From contig JBBTUE010000001.1 in assembly GCA_038063915.1 (NCBI GenBank), forward strand, positions 107,905 through 171,904: 64,000 nt of DNA. Direction: 5' to 3'. Every line of letters starts with the position of its first letter. Position 1 is the stretch's first letter. The translations under genes and the position numbers were made by a program. This document shows positions 34,986 to 44,989 of the stretch, one piece after another. The notes beneath the pieces are model-generated. The model saw nothing but the letters and a program-made list of their open reading frames with translations, did no database searches and was not told the DNA's origin. This DNA comes from Patescibacteria group bacterium. Its GTDB lineage: Bacteria; Patescibacteriota; Minisyncoccia; Phycocordibacterales; UBA9973.

Positions 34986-36638
34986 ATGCCAAATCATACT
35001 GAATTGCTTGAACTATTACTAAAAAACAGAGGGATTTTAGCTGAAAACCAGGAGAGATTTTTGAATCCTCTATATGAACATCTTCATGACCCATATTTAT
35101 TGAAAGATATGGAACGTGCAGTTGTGCGGATTTTTGAAGCGATAGAAGCAAAAGAAAAAATTGTAATATATAGTGATTATGACTGCGATGGTATTCCAGC
35201 CGCGGTTATAATGCACGATTTTTTAAAGAGAATTGAATATGAGAACTTTCTAGTATATATTCCACATCGTCACGATGAGGGTTATGGACTTCACGCAGAT
35301 GCAATTCTACAATTTATAAAGGACGAGGTAAAACTTCTAATCACTTTTGATTTAGGTATTACGGCTGTGGACGAAGTAGCGCAGGCACAGGCCTCAGGTA
35401 TAGATGTTATCATTACTGATCACCACTTACCCCAAGAAGACACACCTCGAGCCTTTGCAATTATCAATCCAAAGCAAGATGGATGCGAATACCCGGATAA
35501 AAATCTCTGTGGGGCCGGACTCGCGTTTAAACTAATACAAGCACTTGTAAAAAAGTATGGAGAATACTGGAAGATAAATGAGGGATGGGAGAAATGGTTA
35601 CTCGATATGGCAGGCTTAGCTACACTTGCTGACCAAGTACCACTCACAGGTGAGAACCGAGTACTTGCTTACTATGGACTCAAAGTTTTGCAAAAAGGTA
35701 AACGCCCTGGACTCGCTGAACTTTTCAAAAAAGCTGGAGTAGATACATCTCGACTTACAGAAGAGGATATTACTTTCACCCTAGCACCAAGGCTCAATGC
35801 TGCATCTCGTATGGGCGACCCTATGCGAGCATTTGAAGTACTTGCGACAACTGACGTAACTGAAGCACGGACACTTGCTGATCATTTGGCAAAGATAAAT
35901 GACGAGAGGAAGCTCGTGGTAGCGCATATTATGAAAGATGTGAAAAAAACTTTAAGCAAAAGGGAAGAAAAATCTCTAATAGTTATTGGCAATCCAGCTT
36001 GGAGAGTTGGCGTACTTGGACTTGTAGCTTCGAAAATTGCTGAAGAATATAAAAGACCAGCATTCGTCTGGGGATCGGAGGGTAGTGATGTTATTCGAGG
36101 GTCCTGCAGAGGTTGGGGTGAAGTAAATTTAGTTAGTCTTATGAGTAATATGCCTGAAAATAGCTTAATTGAATGGGGTGGGCATATAAGCGCTGGAGGA
36201 TTTTCAGTTTCTCATACAGAAGTTCACTTTTTAGAAGAGAGATTACTTAGCGTTTTTGATGGAATTGTCGACAAAAAAGAAAGCAATCAAGAAATAAACA
36301 TTGATGCGTCTATTACTCTTGATGATGTGACTATGGAGAATTATAATATCATAGAAAAGTTAGCACCATATGGTACAGGGAACCCGAAACCAACATTTAT
36401 GTTCGAAGACGTTGCGGTAACAACAATCAAAGAATTTGGCAAAGAGAAAAATCATCTTGAACTTATGTTTACAAATAGTAAAGGCCGACCAGTCAAAGCT
36501 ATTACATTTTTCAAAGACAGGACAAGCTTTGGTCGCTCACTTTCTGCTGGTGAGAGGATAAACTTAACTGCCACATTCGATAAAAGCACCTTCGGTGGAC
36601 GCACCGAGCTTAGACTTCGAATTGTTGATATATTATGA
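34986..36638 (+). CDS. recJ: single-stranded-DNA-specific exonuclease RecJ
   Basis: DHH motifs (IVIYSDYDCDGI, HRHDEG, ITDHH), DHHA1 domain (GGHISAGG) and C-terminal OB-like region. Confidence 0.8.
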   Translation: MPNHTELLELLLKNRGILAENQERFLNPLYEHLHDPYLLKDMERAVVRIFEAIEAKEKIVIYSDYDCDGIPAAVIMHDFLKRIEYENFLVYIPHRHDEGYGLHADAILQFIKDEVKLLITFDLGITAVDEVAQAQASGIDVIITDHHLPQEDTPRAFAIINPKQDGCEYPDKNLCGAGLAFKLIQALVKKYGEYWKINEGWEKWLLDMAGLATLADQVPLTGENRVLAYYGLKVLQKGKRPGLAELFKKAGVDTSRLTEEDITFTLAPRLNAASRMGDPMRAFEVLATTDVTEARTLADHLAKINDERKLVVAHIMKDVKKTLSKREEKSLIVIGNPAWRVGVLGLVASKIAEEYKRPAFVWGSEGSDVIRGSCRGWGEVNLVSLMSNMPENSLIEWGGHISAGGFSVSHTEVHFLEERLLSVFDGIVDKKESNQEINIDASITLDDVTMENYNIIEKLAPYGTGNPKPTFMFEDVAVTTIKEFGKEKNHLELMFTNSKGRPVKAITFFKDRTSFGRSLSAGERINLTATFDKSTFGGRTELRLRIVDIL

Positions 36639-36720
36639 TAAACCATAATGTACCAACTGCTCTAAGACATCGAACAAGTAAAACTTGTTCATGCTCTTCA
36701 TTTGTTGCTAAAATATAACC

Positions 36721-37188
36721 ATGTCTAAGATAATAGAAATATATACAGATGGGTCGTCACTTGGGAACCCTGGCCGAGGGGGGTGGGGGATGGTAGTTAC
36801 CTCTGGTACCAAGACCATAAAAGAGCTTGGGGGATATGAGAAAAATACGACCAACAACCGTATGGAGCTCATGTCGGTAATTTCTGCAATCAAATATATA
36901 ATCGAAAACCATAAAAATGGCGACGTTATAATTCACGCTGATTCTACATATGTCCTCGGAGGTGTGACGACTTGGATACACAATTGGGAGAAAAATGGCT
37001 GGCGGACTGCCAATAAGAAGCAAGTTTTGAATAAAGATTTATGGCAAGAGTTAATCGCGCTCGTGCGGACGTTTGATGGCAAACTTTCTTGGCAGAAAGT
37101 CAAAGGTCACGATGGCCATGTTCATAACGAACGCGCAGATACTATTGCTACAGAATGTTCTTCGTTACAGAAAAATTATATTTTATAA
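36721..37188 (+). CDS. rnhA: ribonuclease HI
   Basis: IEIYTDGSSLGNPG, NNRMEL, ADSTYV, KVKGHDGHVHNERAD catalytic DEDD pattern. Confidence 0.85.
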   Translation: MSKIIEIYTDGSSLGNPGRGGWGMVVTSGTKTIKELGGYEKNTTNNRMELMSVISAIKYIIENHKNGDVIIHADSTYVLGGVTTWIHNWEKNGWRTANKKQVLNKDLWQELIALVRTFDGKLSWQKVKGHDGHVHNERADTIATECSSLQKNYIL

Positions 37189-37275
37189 AGCACGAATAAT
37201 TTTCTGGTGAAAATTTTCTCTGCTCGGTTACCCGCCTGAGCAAGTCTTTCTAAAACATAATTTTTCTTTCACTTT

Positions 37276-38574
37276 ATGAAAATTACTAAGAGAGAAATTT
37301 TTATAATAATTATTCTTATATGTATTGCACTGGTGCGGTTTTCTTTTTCGCGGCCTTTGCCACCAGCCTATGATAGTGCGATAGGTAGAGAAGTAAGTGT
37401 ACAGGGGGTCGTGGTGAATCCACCAGATATACGTTTAAATAATATAAGGCTTACTATCAGACCTAAAAACCAAGAAGCAAATATTTTAGCTGTAGTTCCG
37501 AGGACTAGTGACGTTTCTTATGGTGATATGGTAAAGGCTCACGGGGTTCTTTCTACGCCAGAGAATTTTGAAACATCGTCGGGTAAAGAATTTAATTATA
37601 TAAGATATCTGGCCAATCAAGATATATATTTTATTATCCAGGATGCTGATATTGAAGTCGTGTCCCACGGTAATGGCAACTCCATAAAGTCGCTACTTTT
37701 CAAGTTCCGAGAGTCGTTTATGAAAAACATCGATCGTGTAATAGCTCCACCAGAGAGTGACTTGGCTGACGGATTGATTCTTGGAGCCCGTGGAGGGTTT
37801 GACAGTAAGACTCGCGATGAGTTTATCTCTACCGGGACAATTCATATTATTGCCCTCTCTGGATACAATGTAACTATAGTTGCCGAAGGGGTAATGAAAT
37901 TACTAGGAGTCATATTTGCCCAAGTATTGTCGATTCTTGCAGGAATCGTTGTTGTTATTTTATTTGTAATTATGGCTGGAGCATCTGCTACAGCAATTCG
38001 GGCTGGAATCATGGCAGTTATCTTACTCTTTGCTAGACTAACAGGTAGGAAATATGATGCTATACGCGCGCTTGTCATCGCTGGGCTATTGATGATAGCC
38101 TACGATCCGCGATTGCTCTCTGATATTTCGTTCCAACTTTCATTCATAGCTACAAGTGGGGTGCTACTCGTTACACCTAAAGTTATAAAGTGGGTCTGGT
38201 TCTTGCCGATGGGATTTAAACTGCGCGAGCTTGTGGCGACTACAATTGCAGCAACGGTATCTGTCCTACCCCTTCTTCTTTATAGCACAGGAGTGTTTTC
38301 ACTAGTTTCTCTTCCGGCAAATATTCTCATTTTGCCGCTCATTCCACTTACTATGTTTATGAGTTTCCTTGCAGGAGTCCTTGGTTTTATTAACCCAATC
38401 ATTTCACTCCCGTTTGCTTATATTTCAGACCTCCTACTTTCATATATCCTATCCGTCATCCACTTTTTCGCCTCACTTCCGTTTGCAAGTATTAACATAA
38501 AGTCATTTCCATTAGTTCTGACTCTTGCGTTGTATGCACTCATAATTTGGTGGGTGTCTAAAAAGAGGTCTTGA
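37276..38574 (+). CDS. comEC: ComEC/Rec2 competence protein, N-terminal membrane part (DUF4131 + competence channel domain)
   Basis: N-terminal TM + OB-like DUF4131 region, then channel domain with HIIALSGYNVTIV motif and ~8 TM helices; lacks the C-terminal MBL domain. Confidence 0.7.
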   Translation: MKITKREIFIIIILICIALVRFSFSRPLPPAYDSAIGREVSVQGVVVNPPDIRLNNIRLTIRPKNQEANILAVVPRTSDVSYGDMVKAHGVLSTPENFETSSGKEFNYIRYLANQDIYFIIQDADIEVVSHGNGNSIKSLLFKFRESFMKNIDRVIAPPESDLADGLILGARGGFDSKTRDEFISTGTIHIIALSGYNVTIVAEGVMKLLGVIFAQVLSILAGIVVVILFVIMAGASATAIRAGIMAVILLFARLTGRKYDAIRALVIAGLLMIAYDPRLLSDISFQLSFIATSGVLLVTPKVIKWVWFLPMGFKLRELVATTIAATVSVLPLLLYSTGVFSLVSLPANILILPLIPLTMFMSFLAGVLGFINPIISLPFAYISDLLLSYILSVIHFFASLPFASINIKSFPLVLTLALYALIIWWVSKKRS

Positions 38575-38707
38575 CATATATTTTATTTAGAGTATCGTTT
38601 TAGCTGAAGGAGGTTAAAAAGGGTTATAAAATAAAACCCAAAACCACGTTTTAAAGAGTTCTAACTCTCCCTACTAGTAGGGATGCTGTAAAATCAATTA
38701 GTTTTGT

Positions 38708-38744
38708 AGCCAGTCCGTGACGGTCTCTCGGGCTGGCTTTTTTA
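38708..38744 (+). terminator. GC-rich imperfect hairpin (AGCCAGTCCG...CGGGCTGGCT) followed by T6
   Basis: Stem-loop plus TTTTTT read from the sequence; T-run abuts the SOD stop codon (convergent with comEC N-part). Confidence 0.45.
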
Positions 38745-39332
38745 TTGCACTTTTCTAAAATTCTCTTCTACTACCCCCCAATTCAAATTCTCAAAAAATG
38801 CTTCAACATATTTTTTCTTTTCACTTGTAGGATAATCATAGACATACGCATGCTCCCACATATCAAGGCATAGTACTGGGGTAAGACCTATTAAGTGTCC
38901 TAATTGCTGCTCTTCCACCCAAGCGTGAAGAAGTTTATCAGAGAGTGGATCATAGAAAAGTATAGCCCAACCAACACCGCGCGTCATAGCGAGAGATTTG
39001 AATTGGGCAAACCACGCATCTAGGGTACCCCATGTTTGTGTAATTTTTTCTTTTAGTGGACTATCACTAGAGGGGACATAGCCACCTTCAAATTGTGCAA
39101 AATAGTACTCATGGTTACGCATACCATTGAATTCAAAACTAAATCGTCGCTGAAGTTCGGCGATAACATAAGTATTGGCTTCAAGGTCTTTATTATACCC
39201 TTCTATTTTTTCTAGAATCAAATTTGTATTTGTTACGTAGCCCTTATACAGCTTTAAATGCTCCTCAATATTTTTAGAGGATATCCCTTTTAACTCCCCA
39301 ATATTGAAAGCTTTTTCTGTAAATTTTTCCAT
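38742..39332 (-). CDS. sodA: Fe/Mn-family superoxide dismutase
   Basis: N-terminal HxxKHH-type and C-terminal DMWEHAYY metal-ligand motifs. Confidence 0.85.
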   Translation of the reverse strand: MEKFTEKAFNIGELKGISSKNIEEHLKLYKGYVTNTNLILEKIEGYNKDLEANTYVIAELQRRFSFEFNGMRNHEYYFAQFEGGYVPSSDSPLKEKITQTWGTLDAWFAQFKSLAMTRGVGWAILFYDPLSDKLLHAWVEEQQLGHLIGLTPVLCLDMWEHAYVYDYPTSEKKKYVEAFFENLNWGVVEENFRKVQ

Positions 39333-39372
39333 ACGATTTTATTCTAGTAAGTGTTAATATATATATTATACC

Positions 39373-40239
39373 ATGAAAAATCTCCGTAGATATTTACCAC
39401 ACATTCTATTTACTATTATAGTAATTTCAGCTTTCGGTATATGTTATCTCCTATACAGTCAAGATCACAGGGGTAATGTATTAAAAGTTGCATTTCTCGA
39501 TATTGGCCAAGGTGATGCTATATACATAGAGGCACCAAATGGCAAACAAATGCTCATAGATGCCGGCTCCGGGTCAATAATATTACAGAAGCTTGCACAA
39601 GTTATGCCATTTGGAGATAGATCTATCGATATGATTGTGGTTACTAACCCAGATAAAGATCACATAGGTGGATTTATCGATGTGCTCGAGAATTTTAAAG
39701 TTCTGCGAGTCCTTGAGGCAGGCACAAAGAAAAATACGTTAATATATAAAAGTTTTGAGGATGAAGTCGCAAATCAAAAGATCGAGAAAGGGATAGCTTT
39801 ACGCGGAATGAAAATATTGCTAGACAAAGAGCATAATATTTATTTTGAAGTTTTATTCCCTGATCGAGATGTTAGTACTTGGTCACCGAACGATGGATCT
39901 ATAGTAGGGAAGCTAGTATATGGCAGTGAATCTTTTATGCTGATGGGCGATGCCACGAAATATACTGAACTCCTAATCACCCAAAATGAAAATCCAGAAA
40001 CTCTCCATTCCCAAGTTCTAAAACTTGGCCATCACGGGTCCCATACATCCTCGAGTGAATTTTGGCTAGAAGCTGTAGATCCAGATGTAGCCATTATCTC
40101 TGCGGGTAAAAATAATAGTTATGGTCACCCCCACCAAGATATACTAGGTAGACTTCAGTCATTTCATATTCCATATTTAGGTACATATGAGAAAGGGACG
40201 ATTATATTTAAGACAGATGGAACAAAACTTTCTTACTAA
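39373..40239 (+). CDS. comEC: ComEC-type metallo-beta-lactamase domain protein (C-terminal part of ComEC encoded separately)
   Basis: VAFLDIGQGDAIYIEAPNGKQMLIDAG, LKLGHHGSHTSSS...AIISAGKNNSYGHPH motifs of the ComEC MBL domain; own N-terminal TM helix. Confidence 0.7.
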   Translation: MKNLRRYLPHILFTIIVISAFGICYLLYSQDHRGNVLKVAFLDIGQGDAIYIEAPNGKQMLIDAGSGSIILQKLAQVMPFGDRSIDMIVVTNPDKDHIGGFIDVLENFKVLRVLEAGTKKNTLIYKSFEDEVANQKIEKGIALRGMKILLDKEHNIYFEVLFPDRDVSTWSPNDGSIVGKLVYGSESFMLMGDATKYTELLITQNENPETLHSQVLKLGHHGSHTSSSEFWLEAVDPDVAIISAGKNNSYGHPHQDILGRLQSFHIPYLGTYEKGTIIFKTDGTKLSY

Positions 40240-40243
40240 AATA

Positions 40244-40272
40244 AAACCCCGATTCAATCGGGGTTTTATTTT
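40244..40272. terminator. bidirectional intrinsic terminator AAAACCCCGA-TTCAA-TCGGGGTTTT
   Basis: 6-bp GC stem flanked by A4 and T4+; between convergent comEC-MBL (+) and rpmB (-). Confidence 0.6.
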
Positions 40273-40511
40273 ATGATTCCAGCTTTTTTGAGGACTGCAT
40301 ATGCGCCGTGTTTATTTATGGTCTTTATAGCGCTTGTCGATAGAGTTAGAGGATAGTATTTCTTGAGTTCAGGGACATAGACACGTTTCTTTTGAAGATT
40401 GGCGTATTTGCGTACCATGCCTGTAGGGTTAAATTTGGTAGCACGAACTACGTTCGAGTAACCACCCGCAACCAATGAACCCTTTTTAGTTATAGCGCAA
40501 ACTTTTGCCAT
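40266..40511 (-). CDS. rpmB: 50S ribosomal protein L28
   Basis: MAKVCAITKKGSLVAGGYSNVVRATKFNPTG...KRVYVPELKKY typical L28. Confidence 0.8.
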   Translation of the reverse strand: MAKVCAITKKGSLVAGGYSNVVRATKFNPTGMVRKYANLQKKRVYVPELKKYYPLTLSTSAIKTINKHGAYAVLKKAGIIK

Positions 40512-40545
40512 ATGTGACCCCTATGCTATCATATAGGACATACAT

Positions 40546-41187
40546 ATGCAAGCTATCGATGGAATATTTTATGTGGCCATACTTATAATGTCTGTTGTAA
40601 TTCATGAGTTTGCTCACGGCTATAGTGCTTATTTACTCGGGGACAACACTGCTCGTCTTTCTGGACGTCTAACTCTTAATCCTCTAAAACATCTAGACCC
40701 ATTTGGCTCTGTGATATTACCACTTCTCTTAATATTATCTCAGGCTGGCTTTGTTATAGGCTGGGCTAGACCTGTACCATATAATCCTGCTAATTTACGT
40801 AATGTAAAGAAGGGGACATTCATTGTGGCTTTTGCTGGGATTTTTGCAAATATAGTGATTGCTGTTATTTTTGGTTTGCTTATAAGATTTGCTCCTAACT
40901 TTGGACTACCACCATATATTCTAGGTACAGAGCTCCTCCATCCTTTCTATAAAATTACGACTATTATCGTGGTTACTAATCTAATACTTGCTCTGTTCAA
41001 TCTTATTCCAATTCCTCCACTTGATGGGTCAAAGATACTATTCTCATTCTTGCCGAACAGTCTACGTTTTATTGAAAATTTCTTAGAAAGATGGGGTATA
41101 TTCTTCTTACTCATATTCATTATTTTCCTATGGGGTCTAGTTTCACCTATTATTTATATGGCTTTTTCTCTGATTACTGGCTTATAA
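40546..41187 (+). CDS. site-2 protease-like zinc metalloprotease (peptidase M50 family) membrane protein
   Basis: HEFAH zinc motif in first TM helix, NPLKHLDPFGS second motif, polytopic. Confidence 0.6.
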   Translation: MQAIDGIFYVAILIMSVVIHEFAHGYSAYLLGDNTARLSGRLTLNPLKHLDPFGSVILPLLLILSQAGFVIGWARPVPYNPANLRNVKKGTFIVAFAGIFANIVIAVIFGLLIRFAPNFGLPPYILGTELLHPFYKITTIIVVTNLILALFNLIPIPPLDGSKILFSFLPNSLRFIENFLERWGIFFLLIFIIFLWGLVSPIIYMAFSLITGL

Positions 41188-41289
41188 TTAGACTCTTGCA
41201 TTTTTAACCCTTATATAGTAAAGTATTCTGACTAGTCAATATGACTTTCCAGCCAAAGGCTGGTCCGCCTCTGGCGGATGTTTTAAATT

Positions 41290-41712
41290 ATGCCCACAAT
41301 CAATCAATTGGTTCGTAAGAGCCGTAAAATTACAAAAAGAAAGTCAAAGGCTGTAGCCCTTGCACGTGGTTTTAATTCAATCAAGAATAAACCAGTGTTT
41401 TATCCTGCTCCATTTAAGCGCGGAGTTTGTACAAAAGTTTCGACCACTACTCCAAAGAAGCCGAACTCTGCTCTACGTAAAATTGCTCGTGTTCGTCTCA
41501 CGAATGGAATGGAAGTCACAGCTTATATCCCAGGTGAAGGACACAATCTCCAAGAACACTCAGTTGTCATGATTCGCGGTGGTCGCGTCAAAGACTTGAT
41601 TGGAGTTCGCTATCACATTGTTCGTGGACGCCTAGATGCTACAGGTGTAGACAAGCGTCGCCAATCTAGAAGTCTCTATGGTGCTAAAACTCCTAAAGAA
41701 GTTAAGAAATAA
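41290..41712 (+). CDS. rpsL: 30S ribosomal protein S12
   Basis: [10 protein letters not shown]...[10 protein letters not shown]...GGRVKDLPGVRYH pattern. Confidence 0.95.
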   Translation: MPTINQLVRKSRKITKRKSKAVALARGFNSIKNKPVFYPAPFKRGVCTKVSTTTPKKPNSALRKIARVRLTNGMEVTAYIPGEGHNLQEHSVVMIRGGRVKDLIGVRYHIVRGRLDATGVDKRRQSRSLYGAKTPKEVKK

Positions 41713-41719
41713 ATAATTT

Positions 41720-42190
41720 ATGCGAAGAAAAATAAAAAATAGAAATATAGTTGAGGCAGATATTATATATAATTCTCAAAAGCTAGCGAAATTTATAAAC
41801 AATATCATGCTTCATGGTAAAAAAGAGACTGCTCGCAAGAGTGTGTATAAAGCATTTGATATTATTAAAGAAAAAACAGGGAACCCAAATCCTCTGGAAG
41901 TATTCGACACAGCCATCAAAAATGCTGGTCCACAAGTAGAAGTCCGCTCACGTCGTATCGGTGGTGCCAACTATCAAGTTCCTCGTGAAGTCAGACCAGA
42001 GCGACGCACAGCACTTGCTATGAGATGGATAATACTGGCTGCTCGTGGCAAGAAAGGTGCACCTATTCACGAAAAATTAGCTGAAGAATTAATCCTCGCT
42101 TCAAAAAACGAAGGCTCTGCAGTCAAGAAGCGCGATGATACTCACAAGATGGCCGAAGCAAACAAAGCCTTTGCCCACTTCGCTTGGTAA
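41720..42190 (+). CDS. rpsG: 30S ribosomal protein S7
   Basis: Conserved S7 sequence (IMLHGKKETARK, QVEVRSRRIGGANYQVP). Confidence 0.95.
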   Translation: MRRKIKNRNIVEADIIYNSQKLAKFINNIMLHGKKETARKSVYKAFDIIKEKTGNPNPLEVFDTAIKNAGPQVEVRSRRIGGANYQVPREVRPERRTALAMRWIILAARGKKGAPIHEKLAEELILASKNEGSAVKKRDDTHKMAEANKAFAHFAW

Positions 42191-42199
42191 TTTAAATAT

Positions 42200-44341
42200 A
42201 TGGAACGAGATTATCCTCTAGAGAAAGTTAGGAATATTGGAATTATTGCACACATCGACGCAGGTAAGACTACGACTACCGAGCGTGTGCTTTTCTATAC
42301 CGGTGTATCACACAAGATAGGCGAGGTTCATGATGGGGAGACGACGACAGACTGGATGGAGCAAGAGCGTGAGCGCGGGATTACTATTACATCTGCTGCC
42401 GTGACTTGTTTTTGGACTCCAACATATGCCTTAACTGACAAGACTAAAAAGCATCGCTTCAACATTATTGATACTCCTGGTCACATCGACTTCACTGTTG
42501 AAGTGAAGCGTTCACTTCGCGTACTTGATGGCGCAGTCGTTGTATTTGATGGAGTAGCTGGGGTGGAGCCTCAATCAGAAACGAACTGGCGCTATGCCGA
42601 TGAAGCCAAGGTTCCTCGCATTTGCTTCATAAACAAACTTGATCGCATAGGTGCTTCTTTTGAGCATTCTTATAAAACGATACACGAACGTCTTACAAAA
42701 AAGGCAATTCGCATGCAGATACCAATTGGTCTTGAAGAAAATCACGAAGGAGTTATTGATTTGCTAAAGATGAAGGCATATTACTTTGAAGGAGAAATGG
42801 GGAACAAAGTTATCGAGAAAGAAATTCCTGATAATCTAAAAGCTGACGCTGAGAAATACCACGCTGAGCTTGTTGAGAAAGTTGTCGAGCAAGATGATGT
42901 AGTCATGAACGATTACCTCGAAGGTAAAATTCCTGATTTAGATACTCTAAAGTCACTCATGCGAAAAGGAGTAATTGCTAATGAAATCTTTCCAGTTTTT
43001 GCAGGATCAGCACTCAAGAATAAAGGTGTTCAGCTCGTGCTCGATGCAGTCGTAGATTATTTACCAAGTCCTCTTGATATTCCAGCAATTGGTGGTATCA
43101 ATCCTGAAACTGAAGAGGTTATGACAAGACCCGCATCTGACGATGCGCCATTCTCTGCGCTTGCTTTTAAAGTAGCTACAGATCCATTTGTTGGACAAAT
43201 TATTTTCTTCCGAGTCTACTCTGGGACACTTACTGCTGGATCCTATGTTTACAATCCTCGCACTCGTAATAAAGAGCGTATTGGACGTATCCTTCGTATG
43301 CATGCCAACGATCGCGAAGAGGTAAAGAAAGTTTATGCAGGAGAGATCGCTGCCGCAGTTGGACTCAAAGATACTATAACTTCAGATACACTTTGCGACG
43401 AAGAAAAGCCGATAGAGCTCTACCGTATCGTATTCCCAGAACCAGTTATTTCACTTCGCGTAGAACCCAAAACTAAAGCTGACCAAGAAAAAATGGGCAT
43501 GGCTCTTTCTCGTCTAGCCCAAGAAGATCCGACTTTTAAAGTATCAACAGATGCAGAAACAAACGAGACTATTATCGCTGGTATGGGAGAACTCCATCTT
43601 GAAATTATTGTTGATCGAATGAAACGTGAATTCACTGTCGAGACAAATGTTGGTAAACCACAAGTTGCTTACCGCGAGACTATTACAGGCGTGGCTTCTG
43701 TAGAAGGTAAATACATCAAGCAGTCTGGAGGCAGAGGTAACTACGGTCACGTCAAAATCAAAATTAAACCAATGGACATGTCTGTTGACCCAGAAGATGT
43801 ACCAAAGAATACTAAACGCGAAAAAGATTTTGAGTTCGTCAATACTATCAAAGGTGGTGCTATTCCCCAAGAGTATATTCCAGCGTGTGAGAAAGGATTT
43901 AAAGAAGGACTCGATCGTGGAGTGCTGGCTGGATTTAAATTGGTCAATGTCTCGGTTGAGCTTTGGGATGGTTCATATCACGATGTAGACTCAAACGAAA
44001 TGGCCTTCAAAATTGCTGCTTCTATGGCAGTGCAAGATGCATGTAAGATGGCCAAGCCGGTAATTCTTGAACCGATGATGAGTGTTGAAGTAGTAACTCC
44101 TGATAAATTCATGGGTGATGTCACTGGTAGTCTATCATCTAAGCGCGGACTTATTGAAGGAATGGAAGCTCGCGGTATGAACCAAGCGGTCAAAGCGATC
44201 GTCCCTCTCTCTGAAATGTTCGGCTACATGACCACCCTTCGCTCTATGACTGAAGGCCGTGCAGGATTTACTATGGAGTTCCTACGCTATGATATCGTGC
44301 CACAAAATGTAGCAACAACTATCATAGAATCACGCAAATAA
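42200..44341 (+). CDS. fusA: elongation factor G
   Basis: GTPase G1-G5 motifs ([21 protein letters not shown]), domains II-V conserved. Confidence 0.95.
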   Translation: MERDYPLEKVRNIGIIAHIDAGKTTTTERVLFYTGVSHKIGEVHDGETTTDWMEQERERGITITSAAVTCFWTPTYALTDKTKKHRFNIIDTPGHIDFTVEVKRSLRVLDGAVVVFDGVAGVEPQSETNWRYADEAKVPRICFINKLDRIGASFEHSYKTIHERLTKKAIRMQIPIGLEENHEGVIDLLKMKAYYFEGEMGNKVIEKEIPDNLKADAEKYHAELVEKVVEQDDVVMNDYLEGKIPDLDTLKSLMRKGVIANEIFPVFAGSALKNKGVQLVLDAVVDYLPSPLDIPAIGGINPETEEVMTRPASDDAPFSALAFKVATDPFVGQIIFFRVYSGTLTAGSYVYNPRTRNKERIGRILRMHANDREEVKKVYAGEIAAAVGLKDTITSDTLCDEEKPIELYRIVFPEPVISLRVEPKTKADQEKMGMALSRLAQEDPTFKVSTDAETNETIIAGMGELHLEIIVDRMKREFTVETNVGKPQVAYRETITGVASVEGKYIKQSGGRGNYGHVKIKIKPMDMSVDPEDVPKNTKREKDFEFVNTIKGGAIPQEYIPACEKGFKEGLDRGVLAGFKLVNVSVELWDGSYHDVDSNEMAFKIAASMAVQDACKMAKPVILEPMMSVEVVTPDKFMGDVTGSLSSKRGLIEGMEARGMNQAVKAIVPLSEMFGYMTTLRSMTEGRAGFTMEFLRYDIVPQNVATTIIESRK

Positions 44342-44409
44342 AATCTCAGATTTCAAAATATTATCAGTAAATGTTATACTGTACTCATATCAGTTAATTT
44401 TTCCTAAAT

Positions 44410-44982
44410 ATGAAAAATCAAAAAGGGAACACAAGCGTTATAGTTTCTTTTATTATTGTCGCAGGTATTATCGGGTTAGTGGTCTATTCTCTCATGAGAA
44501 AGACAGCTAGTACTAATATAGAAGAAGATTCATATAAAAGTACAGAAGTAAACGAAAATACAAATAACAACCAAGAAGTTAAAAAAGATACTTCTCAAAA
44601 ACCCATGGAACAAAACAAAAGATTATTATCCGATTTCACTCCAGTCGCAAATGTGGCTACACTACAAAAAATTGATCTGGTTACTGGTACGGGCACAGAA
44701 GTCAAAGCAGGTGCCACGGTCAGTGTGCATTATACTGGCGCAGTAGCATCGACTGGGGCAGTTTTTCAGAGTTCAAAAGATTTTGGATCAGAGCCTATAA
44801 CATTTCCACTCTCTGGTGTAATAAAAGGCTGGACGGACGGCATACCAGGTATGAAAGTCGGCGGTACTCGAAGACTTATAATACCAAGCGCTCAAGCTTA
44901 CGGGGCCAACCCTCCAGGCGGTTCCGGTATTCCAGCAAATGCGGATCTAGTATTTGATGTAGAGTTAGTGAACGTAAAATAA
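44410..44982 (+). CDS. FKBP-type peptidyl-prolyl cis-trans isomerase, membrane-anchored
   Basis: N-terminal TM helix; C-terminal FKBP domain VSVHYTG...FDSS....PITFPLSGVIKGWTDGIPGMKVGGTRRLIIPSAQAYG. Confidence 0.85.
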   Translation: MKNQKGNTSVIVSFIIVAGIIGLVVYSLMRKTASTNIEEDSYKSTEVNENTNNNQEVKKDTSQKPMEQNKRLLSDFTPVANVATLQKIDLVTGTGTEVKAGATVSVHYTGAVASTGAVFQSSKDFGSEPITFPLSGVIKGWTDGIPGMKVGGTRRLIIPSAQAYGANPPGGSGIPANADLVFDVELVNVK

Positions 44983-44989
44983 TTGTTTT

